In this document: piece by piece, positions 18,229 through 26,309 of the stretch
Numbering within the stretch: position 1 is the stretch's first letter
Layout: each line of letters begins with the position of its first letter
Assembly (NCBI GenBank): GCA_047633135.1
Contig: JBLIES010000001.1
Location: forward strand, 3,749-67,748
Length of the DNA: 64,000 nt
Direction: 5' to 3'
DNA from: Roseivirga sp.
GTDB lineage: Bacteria > Bacteroidota > Bacteroidia > Cytophagales > Cyclobacteriaceae
Made by a program: the position numbers and the translations under genes
Notes under the pieces: generated by a model
What the model was told of the DNA's origin: nothing
The model's database searches: none
Seen by the model: the letters and a program-made list of their open reading frames with translations, nothing else

Positions 18229-19461
18229 TTAGATGTCAAGTTCTATTTGATTCCTTAGAATATCATCGAAATCTTCTCTTTTCCTGATCAATTGTGCCTT
18301 TCCGTCTAATATTAATACTTCTGCTGGTTTTAATCTAGAGTTGTAATTCGAAGACATGCTAAAAGAATAGGCCCCAGCATTCTTGAATGCGATTGTATCC
18401 CCCTCCTTTACTTCTCCCAGTTTTCTGTCTAAGCCAAAAGTATCGGTTTCGCAGATATACCCTACAACAGTATAAATACGCTTAGTACCGGTAGAATTGG
18501 ACAGGTTCACAATTTCATGAAATGAATCATACATCATAGGTCTTATCAAGTGATTCATTCCAGAATCTACGCCAACGAAAACTGTAGCAGGAGTGGTTTT
18601 AACCACATTGACCTTGGTCAAAAGATAGCCAGATTCACTCACAAGGTATTTACCTGGTTCAAACCACATTTCTAGCTCCCTACCATACTCTTTACAGAAA
18701 GCTTTAAAAACCGTACTAAGCTTTTCGCCTAACTCCGCGATATCGGTAACGATATCTGCCTCCTTATAACCTACCTTAAAACCACTTCCAAAATCAATAA
18801 ACTCAAGGTCATTAAAATTTCTGGCAGCATCGAAAAGGATGTCTGCTGCTCTTAGGAATACCTCTGCCTCCAAAATATCAGAGCCAGTATGCATGTGTAA
18901 ACCCGTCACCTTTAAACCGCATGTTTTAACTACCCTAACAATATGCTGTAATTGGTAGATTGATATACCAAATTTTGAATCAGCGTGACCAGTAGAGATT
19001 TTCTTGTTTCCACCGGCCATGATGTGTGGATTAAGACGAATACATACGGGCACGCTTCCGTGAAATTCATTGCCGAATTGTTCGAGAATAGAAATATTGT
19101 CGAGGTTGATCATCACCCCAGCTTTAACAGCCTCTTTAATTTCGGCAAACGAAACACAATTAGGGGTATATAATATTTGTTCAGGCGTAAAACCTGCCTT
19201 TAAACCCAATTGCACCTCTTGAATAGAAACGCAATCTAGTTCTGCTCCCATCTTTCGGATTAGTTTTAAAATCGAAATATTACTCAGCGATTTAGTCGCA
19301 TACTTGACGCGCATTTTTACCGAACTGAAAGCATTGCTGAGTTCGTTGAACTGTTGCTCAATTTTTTCAGCATTATAAACATAAAGTGGTGAACCAAATT
19401 GCTCTGTAAGAGCCACTAAGTCTACACCTTGAACCGAATATTTATCGTTAATCAAATCCAT
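18229..19461 (-). CDS. lysA: Diaminopimelate decarboxylase
   Basis: YATKS (PLP lysine), SKFGI, HMHTGS, EPGKY, GYICETD and MSSNYN. Confidence 0.95.
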   Translation of the reverse strand: MDLINDKYSVQGVDLVALTEQFGSPLYVYNAEKIEQQFNELSNAFSSVKMRVKYATKSLSNISILKLIRKMGAELDCVSIQEVQLGLKAGFTPEQILYTPNCVSFAEIKEAVKAGVMINLDNISILEQFGNEFHGSVPVCIRLNPHIMAGGNKKISTGHADSKFGISIYQLQHIVRVVKTCGLKVTGLHMHTGSDILEAEVFLRAADILFDAARNFNDLEFIDFGSGFKVGYKEADIVTDIAELGEKLSTVFKAFCKEYGRELEMWFEPGKYLVSESGYLLTKVNVVKTTPATVFVGVDSGMNHLIRPMMYDSFHEIVNLSNSTGTKRIYTVVGYICETDTFGLDRKLGEVKEGDTIAFKNAGAYSFSMSSNYNSRLKPAEVLILDGKAQLIRKREDFDDILRNQIELDI

Positions 19462-19501
19462 TCAAAATAAATTAAGCAGTAAAGATAATGCCTTGACAAA
19501 C

Positions 19502-19528
19502 AAAAAAAAGGAAGGTAGACCAAACCTT
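19502..19528 (-). terminator. Possible intrinsic terminator downstream of the T9SS-CTD relic
   Basis: Minus strand AAGGU-UUGGUCU-ACCUU-CC-U8. Confidence 0.45.
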
Positions 19529-19561
19529 GCTTTTTATTAAAAGCCGAACTCATTAGGGTAA

Positions 19562-19741
19562 TTACTCCGCTACAACCCTTCTGGTTAGCTCCTTGTTCTG
19601 CTGAATTCCTTTCAAGATATAAATCCCTTCGTCTTGATCAGAACTATCCACATTGAAATCAGTGTTTTTAAGCCCTGGCTTGTCCGTTTAATTATGGACA
19701 ATTTTTCCTGATGGATTAATTGTTCTCACTTGAATACGTGC
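19562..19741 (-). pseudogene. Degenerate remnant of a T9SS type-A C-terminal sorting domain
   Basis: Manual translation ARIQVRTINPSGKIVHN*TDKPGLKNTDFNVDSSDQDEGIYILKGIQQNKELTRRVVAE*; internal TAA at 19688-19690; no ATG start. Confidence 0.6.
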
Positions 19742-19785
19742 TTAAGTATTTGATCTGAAAGTATTTAATAAGTTATTTTGCCTGT

Positions 19786-19821
19786 GTTAAAGGCTGGTTA
19801 AATCATGTTAATTTTTGTTAA
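19786..19821 (+). promoter_or_regulatory. Phased GTTAA x4 array upstream of the sensor kinase
   Basis: GTTAA at 19786, 19797, 19807 and 19817 (spacing 11, 10, 10); TACTTTTG -7 element at 19850-19857. Confidence 0.6.
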
Positions 19822-19861
19822 GCTCTCCAACAACCCAATTTTATTAAAGTACTTTTGATGC

Positions 19862-21436
19862 ATGAGCAGTAAGAAGATAAGATGGTTGATAGGTCTACTA
19901 AGCATTGGAATGCTCGGGCTGATCGTCTTTCAATTTTATTGGATAAAAGAAGTAACTAAGGTGAATGAAGAGCGTTTTTCTCAAAGCGTTCAATCGGCCT
20001 TAAATGATGTCACCAGTAAGCTAGCGAGAGAGAGCGATACTAAGTTTTTAAGTACTGACATTAACCAAAACTTTCGTCCTAATCCACAAATGGAGGGCAG
20101 GAATGATAGCGCTTTTAACATACGTAATATGCGTCCTCAACCAACGAACTATGTTAACCCTGCCCAAGGGTTCGCTGAATCAAGTTTCAGTGTGGAATAT
20201 GATGAAGAGTCTCAACAAATAAATTTTGTGTTTGATTTTCAAGCCTTCTCTCCCAATCCACAGTATGGGTTTCAGCCTAATGCTGATGAAAGGCAGCAAC
20301 AACTCATGCTAGAGCGACAGGTGGGGCAAAGATTTAAGGCCATTCAGCGCGATTGGGCTACACATCTAGAAGGAAGCAATAACTTGTTTGAACGCGTTAA
20401 CCCAATGCGGCTTGATACACTCTTAAGACGAGAACTTGAAAATCGAGGAATTGAATTAGACTATAATTACGGAATTATTGAGCGTAAAACTGGAGAAACT
20501 AGCCTGATCAACACATCTAACACTGAAGATATTCCGTTGATTAAAAAATCTAATCTACGAGCCAATCTATTCCCAATGGACCTTGTTCCAAAAGATTATT
20601 ATTTAAGTATTTACTTTCCTAGTCAGAAAAAATTCTTGTTGAAACAGGGCCTTTTGCCATTGACTGCGTCTGGTTTATTCATGCTTATTGTCATCGGTTG
20701 TTTCGCTTATGCCATTATGATCATACTCCGCCAAAAGAAGATCTCTGAGATCAAAAATGATTTCATCAATAACATGACGCATGAATTTAAAACACCCATT
20801 GCAACTGTTTCTTTGGCTACTGAAGCACTTCAAGATCATGATTTAAGACAAAACCAGACCATCGTTGACAGGTACATTCAGGTGATTAGAGATGAGAACA
20901 AGCGCCTAGGTATGCAGGTCGAAAAAGTTCTTCAAATTGCCAGTCTAGATAAGAAAGACTTTCGTCTCAAGTTTGAAAATGCCGATGTGCATGATATTAT
21001 AGAAAAAGCACTCGTCAACATAAATATTACAGTAGAAAAAAGGCAGGGGGTAATCACCACCCAACTGTTAGCCTCCAATGCAATCATTGAAGCAGACAAG
21101 GTGCATCTCACTAATATCATCTACAACCTACTCGACAACGCTAACAAATATTCACCAGAGGCTCCTGTAATACATCTGCGTACAGAAAATATTTCTACAG
21201 GAGTAATCATCAAAATTTCGGACCATGGCATTGGTATGGCTAAAGAAGCTACTGAAAGAATTTTCGAGAAGTTTTACCGTGTTTCTACAGGTAATGTTCA
21301 TGACGTAAAAGGATTTGGCCTAGGCCTATCCTACGTAAAAAACATCATGGATATGCATGGTGGTACCATATCAGTAAAAAGTGACCTTGGCAAGGGCAGC
21401 ACATTTAAAGTTTACTTACCTTTCAATCATGGCTAG
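19862..21436 (+). CDS. Membrane sensor histidine kinase (RprX-like)
   Basis: Two TM helices, H-box NMTHEFKTPI, N-box NLLDNANKYS, G-boxes DHGIG and GFGLGL. Confidence 0.93.
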   Translation: MSSKKIRWLIGLLSIGMLGLIVFQFYWIKEVTKVNEERFSQSVQSALNDVTSKLARESDTKFLSTDINQNFRPNPQMEGRNDSAFNIRNMRPQPTNYVNPAQGFAESSFSVEYDEESQQINFVFDFQAFSPNPQYGFQPNADERQQQLMLERQVGQRFKAIQRDWATHLEGSNNLFERVNPMRLDTLLRRELENRGIELDYNYGIIERKTGETSLINTSNTEDIPLIKKSNLRANLFPMDLVPKDYYLSIYFPSQKKFLLKQGLLPLTASGLFMLIVIGCFAYAIMIILRQKKISEIKNDFINNMTHEFKTPIATVSLATEALQDHDLRQNQTIVDRYIQVIRDENKRLGMQVEKVLQIASLDKKDFRLKFENADVHDIIEKALVNINITVEKRQGVITTQLLASNAIIEADKVHLTNIIYNLLDNANKYSPEAPVIHLRTENISTGVIIKISDHGIGMAKEATERIFEKFYRVSTGNVHDVKGFGLGLSYVKNIMDMHGGTISVKSDLGKGSTFKVYLPFNHG

Positions 21437-22136
21437 TTTCAAAATATTACTTGTAGAAGATGACCTCAACCTTGGGCAAATCTTGAGTGAATATCTCACT
21501 GTAAAAGGATATGAAACCAAACTTTGTCGTGATGGCGAAGAAGGTGTCAAAGCATTCAAGCGCGAGGCTTTTGATCTTTGCCTTTTTGACGTTATGCTGC
21601 CTAAAAAGGATGGCTTTTCAATGGCAAAGGAAATCAGACGAGAGGATAAAGTCACTCCTATTATCTTCCTTACGGCCAAGTCTATGAAAGAAGACACGAT
21701 AGAAGGGTTTAAGATTGGTGGTGATGATTACATCACTAAGCCATTCAGTATGGAAGAGCTTCTCCTCAGAATTCAAGCCATTCTAAGGCGAACGGCAGAA
21801 AAAAATCCACAGGTGTCTGATCAAAAAATATTTGAATTCGGATCATTCAAGTTCGATTATGACAGGCAGATACTCTCTAGGCCCGGGAGCTCAGAGGTCC
21901 GGCTTACCTCAAAGGAGTCTGAACTTTTAAGATTGCTTTGTTTACACGTTAATCAGCCTTTAGATAGATCTACAGCATTAAAGATCATATGGAGGGACGA
22001 CAGTTATTTCAATGCCAGAAGTATGGATGTGTATATCGCTAAGCTGCGAAAAATGTTGAAAGAAGATACCACTGTGCAAATCATTACGATTCATGGGTCT
22101 GGCTTCAAACTAATTACAGAAGAACAAGAAAGCTGA
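21429..22136 (+). CDS. rprY: OmpR-family response regulator, RprY-like
   Basis: KILLVEDD, FDVMLPKKDG, DDYITKPFSMEEL and YFNARSMDVYI, typical of Bacteroidota RprY. Start set at MASFK. Confidence 0.85.
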   Translation: MASFKILLVEDDLNLGQILSEYLTVKGYETKLCRDGEEGVKAFKREAFDLCLFDVMLPKKDGFSMAKEIRREDKVTPIIFLTAKSMKEDTIEGFKIGGDDYITKPFSMEELLLRIQAILRRTAEKNPQVSDQKIFEFGSFKFDYDRQILSRPGSSEVRLTSKESELLRLLCLHVNQPLDRSTALKIIWRDDSYFNARSMDVYIAKLRKMLKEDTTVQIITIHGSGFKLITEEQES

Positions 22137-22282
22137 TTGTTAAAATAGCCTGACTGCATGAGCGTATTGAGTGAAGAATACAGCTTGTCAGTGGGCGATG
22201 GAATAAATTAATGACCGCAAATATTGCAGGATTGCGCTTTTAATTGCTATTTTTAAAGCCTTCAGTTTTTTTTTCTAACAAT

Positions 22283-23014
22283 ATGATTCAGATCTTACCC
22301 TCAATATCGATTATCGATGGAAAACTTACTCGCCTAAAGCAAGGTGATTACACCAGTGAAACTGTGTATCAAGACAGCCCTGTCGAGATCGCAAGACGAT
22401 TTGCAGATTGTGGAGTGAAAAAAATACACATTGTAGATCTAGATGGTGCCAGAAAAGGAACAGCATTGAACTTTCATGTACTCCAAGACATCGTAGGCCA
22501 TACAGGTATGCAGGTAGACTTTAGTGGTGGTATTGCGACTGATGGTGACATAAGTAAAGCTTATGAATATGGAGCAACTACCATTACAGCCTCTTCTATT
22601 GCCGCATCAGATCAAAAACAATTTGCTTCTTGGCTTATCTCTTATGGAAGAGAAAAAATCACATTAGGCGCTGATGCACGAAATGGTAAAATCGCCATTA
22701 AGGGATGGCAAAAAAATACTGAAATTGATCTTTTCGAACATATCGATTATTATCACATGCGTGGTTTAAAGTATGTAAAAAGTACCGATGTAGCCAAAGA
22801 CGGTATTCAAGAAGGACCAAATTTTGAAATGTACGAGAAGATGGTCGCCAAATTTGAAGGGATTCACGTTCTTGCTAGTGGTGGTATCAGAAATATCGAT
22901 GACATTAAACGACTTGAGGACATTGGCGTGAAAGGTGTAATTTTTGGAAGAGCATACTATGAAGGAAATCTTAGCCTCAAGGATCTCGAAACATTTATTG
23001 CACAGCACTCCTGA
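22283..23014 (+). CDS. HisA-like (beta/alpha)8 barrel protein with divergent active site
   Basis: RLKQGDY, HIVDLDGA, TDVAKDG, SGGI and IFGRAYYEG fit the HisA fold. The N-terminal PAxD motif reads PSIS. Confidence 0.8.
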   Translation: MIQILPSISIIDGKLTRLKQGDYTSETVYQDSPVEIARRFADCGVKKIHIVDLDGARKGTALNFHVLQDIVGHTGMQVDFSGGIATDGDISKAYEYGATTITASSIAASDQKQFASWLISYGREKITLGADARNGKIAIKGWQKNTEIDLFEHIDYYHMRGLKYVKSTDVAKDGIQEGPNFEMYEKMVAKFEGIHVLASGGIRNIDDIKRLEDIGVKGVIFGRAYYEGNLSLKDLETFIAQHS

Positions 23015-23026
23015 GTTGATGTGCTG

Positions 23027-25399
23027 TTAAAAAGTATAATTCAATTTAATACTAAAGTTTCTCCCCATATCATCTGAGAAGTAACGGAGTCGATTTAAAT
23101 AATCACGGTAGCTATTATTAAACATGTTGTCTACAGCCAAATAAACCGCCAATAACTTATCTCTTACCGGTAATTTAAAACCCGTGCTTAAGCCCAGATT
23201 GATATAGCCCTCTGGTGGTGCCAAAAAATCGAATACTGTATTGTCAGATTGAAATAAGTCGGAACCAGTACTCTTAGCAGCAATTACCTCTGTAATAGAA
23301 ACTACCCTCGGTGCATTACGCTGTTTGTCCACAAAGTCTGCCGCTAGTGAAATATAAGGCTCTTTGACTTTACCTTCTTTGAATTTAAATGTAACCCCTG
23401 TGTTCAATCGGTTAGCCGGAATATTGATTAAAGGACCGTTGTTCAGCCTATCCTCAGCTTTTATTAAGGAGAGCTTGCCATTAAAGTCTATTGAAGAAGA
23501 TAAATGATAAGTAAAGTCAGTATCTATACCGATAAAAGAAGCGTCCGTTTGGGTATAGCTAAACAAAGGAAAAGCTCCCTGAATCGTCAGGATCACATTT
23601 TCAGGTCTTAAATAAATGTAGTCTGCTATTAGGTTGTAATAAGCAGCAATTGTCAAGTCGTATTTAGGTGAAATACGCTCTAAACTGTTAATCCACTTGA
23701 TTGCTTTTTCTGGTACCAATAAAGCATTTCCCTCTTCTACTCCTGCTGAACCGTTATGCAGCCCACCACTAAACAACTCATTTATTTGGGGCGCGCGCCA
23801 TGCCGTTCCTAGATTCGAGCGAAAACTCCACCCTTGATTAAAGAATAAAATGACCCCCGCAGACCCCGTTATATTATTGAAATCAAACTCAGGTGTTTGA
23901 AGCATATTTTGCGAATCAAAACGCTTAACCAAATAATGCTTAAAGTCATACCTCACTCCTAGTTCTAGTTCATAACTTTCTTTAATATATCTTCCTATGG
24001 CATGCACTCCTGCAGTCCAATTATTAAAATTAGGAATAAGTGGCCTAATGCCAGTTTCTGGGTTGTTAGAGTTTCCTTGGTAAAGAAAACTTGCGCCAAC
24101 ATCCCCTTTAAAGGCACCTTGCGCTTTCATATCAAGGTCTAACTCTATGGTGTGAGTGATTAATTCTAAGGATAAGGCAGGTATCTCTGAACGACCTCCA
24201 CGTCTGATATCATACTCTTCTCTCTGATTCACCTGCAAACCATACTGAGCAGAAAATTCGCCTAATTTAGTTTCTGTGTGCCCATTGAATTTGAACAACT
24301 GATGTCTTATCGCTTGTCGAGGGTTATTGATGTCATAACTAAAGTCTTGAATCACAAAAGGCCTATCACTCCCAATTGCTCGTTCTAAATCAGTAAGGTT
24401 TCCGGTATGGGCACTCCTTAGTATGCCGATTTCTGCATCAAAACTGCTAAAAAACAGTTCTAAACCCGACTTCCTGTTATGATAACCCAAGCCTAGAGAA
24501 AAATTCTTTTCTTTTGTTCCAGTGTTCGTCAATCTATAGTTCGCGGCCCGTGCATCACCCGCCTTTTTAACACTCCCTTGTAAACGCCACCCAAAGCCCT
24601 TAAGTCCCGAAAGACCTCCTTCGATCATTGCACTTGTGTTAACTAGCCCATTATTCGAATTACCCACAACGTTGATTGAGCCAGATAGCCCAGCCTGCTC
24701 AGGCAAGTCTGGAGGGTTGACCAGGATAACTCCGCCTATCGCATCAGAACCATATTTGACGGCAGCAGCTCCTTTAATCAATTGTAAATTGGCAGCAACA
24801 AAGGGATCAATCTCTGGCGCATGTTCCTGTCCCCATTGCTGACCTTCCTGTCGAATTCCATTATTTAAAATTAGAATACGATTACTATGCAAACCATGTA
24901 TAATGGGTTTAGCTATATTCGGCCCTGACTGAAGAAGATTGATTCCAGAAATAGATTGAAGTGACTTGCCTAAAGATTCCCCACTCCTTTTGAACAATTC
25001 ATCCTTTGATACCACAGCGCTAGATAAGGTAACTATCTCTTGTACTTTTTTGGCCTCGACCGTCACTTCTTCTAAGTCCTGAACCTTAACCACCAAGCGA
25101 ATCTCAATCTCTTTGGAGCCCTCGAGGACTACAGTTCGTTCAAACATTTGATAACCAATAAAGCGCACCAACATTTGGTAGGTGCCATCACAGAGCTTTG
25201 GTATGGAAAATCTACCTAAGCTGTCCGTCACAATTCTTTTATTCGTGTTTAGGAGTTCTACCGTAGCCAAAGGAATAGTCTGTTGGTCTTCACTAGATAT
25301 TACTATACCCGAAATGTACCAATCGCAAGCCTCTTGACTTTGAAGGGAAGCTTGGATCAGAAAAAAGCAAAAAACACAAAGGACTAGCCTATTATACAT
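23027..25399 (-). CDS. TonB-dependent receptor, probably for metal uptake
   Basis: Carboxypeptidase-regulatory-like N-domain, plug NGIRQEGQQWGQEHAPEID, C-terminal GRNFSIKLNYTF. Confidence 0.92.
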   Translation of the reverse strand: MYNRLVLCVFCFFLIQASLQSQEACDWYISGIVISSEDQQTIPLATVELLNTNKRIVTDSLGRFSIPKLCDGTYQMLVRFIGYQMFERTVVLEGSKEIEIRLVVKVQDLEEVTVEAKKVQEIVTLSSAVVSKDELFKRSGESLGKSLQSISGINLLQSGPNIAKPIIHGLHSNRILILNNGIRQEGQQWGQEHAPEIDPFVAANLQLIKGAAAVKYGSDAIGGVILVNPPDLPEQAGLSGSINVVGNSNNGLVNTSAMIEGGLSGLKGFGWRLQGSVKKAGDARAANYRLTNTGTKEKNFSLGLGYHNRKSGLELFFSSFDAEIGILRSAHTGNLTDLERAIGSDRPFVIQDFSYDINNPRQAIRHQLFKFNGHTETKLGEFSAQYGLQVNQREEYDIRRGGRSEIPALSLELITHTIELDLDMKAQGAFKGDVGASFLYQGNSNNPETGIRPLIPNFNNWTAGVHAIGRYIKESYELELGVRYDFKHYLVKRFDSQNMLQTPEFDFNNITGSAGVILFFNQGWSFRSNLGTAWRAPQINELFSGGLHNGSAGVEEGNALLVPEKAIKWINSLERISPKYDLTIAAYYNLIADYIYLRPENVILTIQGAFPLFSYTQTDASFIGIDTDFTYHLSSSIDFNGKLSLIKAEDRLNNGPLINIPANRLNTGVTFKFKEGKVKEPYISLAADFVDKQRNAPRVVSITEVIAAKSTGSDLFQSDNTVFDFLAPPEGYINLGLSTGFKLPVRDKLLAVYLAVDNMFNNSYRDYLNRLRYFSDDMGRNFSIKLNYTF

Positions 25400-25417
25400 T
25401 GGCGCAATTAACCACTA

Positions 25418-25434
25418 ATGCAACAGCATTGCAA
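25418..25434. promoter_or_regulatory. Candidate Zur-type operator
   Basis: ATGCAAC-AGC-ATTGCAA, an imperfect 7-3-7 inverted repeat 18 bp upstream of the receptor start. Confidence 0.45.
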
Positions 25435-25473
25435 CAATGAATTTTTTAATGGTAAAATGAACAGTGGAATGAA

Positions 25474-25830
25474 TTACTTTTTCTCTAAAACGTCAGAGGG
25501 CTTGAATTTATAAAAAATGTAATAAAGGAAGTTGAACGAAAGGTTAGATTGACTATCGTCTTTTTTGATAAGCTTTGGCTGAACCAGTTTAATTTTCAAG
25601 GGTTTGTTCGCCTCTTGTCTTGGCTGACGGATGACAGCGCCTTCCGAATCAGTCAATTCTTTATTCTCAGGCGTGAATTCATTCATCAAAATGCTATCCT
25701 GGGAGGACGTCATCGGTTTAGGAAGCGGTAACAATACCTCTTCTCCCTGCTCTTGAGCAACTATACCGATAGAATGAAAAATCATTCCTAGTATTCCAAA
25801 CATAAATAAGCGTACAACTCTTTTGAACAT
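25474..25830 (-). CDS. Hypothetical exported protein
   Basis: N-terminal signal-like segment, low-complexity middle, C-terminal amphipathic LSFNFLYYIFYKFK. Confidence 0.6.
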   Translation of the reverse strand: MFKRVVRLFMFGILGMIFHSIGIVAQEQGEEVLLPLPKPMTSSQDSILMNEFTPENKELTDSEGAVIRQPRQEANKPLKIKLVQPKLIKKDDSQSNLSFNFLYYIFYKFKPSDVLEKK

Positions 25831-25959
25831 GTTGAAATTTGTAGAGCGCTAAATTTAATAAAAAATTGTTACTTCCTTAACGGTGACTATTATATTTTGT
25901 TTAGTTTTCTTACATGATGCCTTTAAATAAATTGATTCTTTCTGTTGTAGATTAAATTT

Positions 25960-26298
25960 ATGAACACTATTGAATGGTCTGATTTTGAAAGAGTAGAGCT
26001 ACGAGTAGGTACAATTATCAATGTTAAACTCTTCAAAAAAGCCCGAAAGCCTGCCTGGGTTCTCATGGTCGATCTAGGGCCAGAATTTGGGATTAAAAAA
26101 TCCAGTGCACAAATAACACAACTCTACTCAAAAGACGATCTCATGAATACCCAAGTGGTATGCGTAGTTAATTTTCCACCAAAGCAAATTGCAACTATAA
26201 TTTCCGAAGTACTAGTAACAGGCTTCCCAGATCAAGATAATAATGTAGTATTGTGCAGACCAGATAAAGTTGTTCCAAATGGTTCAAAACTCTTTTAA
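25960..26298 (+). CDS. csaA: tRNA-binding/export chaperone CsaA
   Basis: ELRVGTI, KKSSAQIT, VVNFPPKQI, SEVLVTGF and VPNGSKLF. Confidence 0.9.
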   Translation: MNTIEWSDFERVELRVGTIINVKLFKKARKPAWVLMVDLGPEFGIKKSSAQITQLYSKDDLMNTQVVCVVNFPPKQIATIISEVLVTGFPDQDNNVVLCRPDKVVPNGSKLF

Positions 26299-26309
26299 AG
26301 ACTGAACGA

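Noticed and set aside
19462-19560. Lysine riboswitch upstream of lysA
   Set aside because: No L-box consensus; the region holds only a terminator-like hairpin and a TATCTTTA -7-like element close to the start.
22193-22225. Fluoride riboswitch suggested by GGCGATGG...TAATGAC
   Set aside because: The complementary TTCGCC segment and pseudoknot are missing, and the downstream gene is not fluoride-related.
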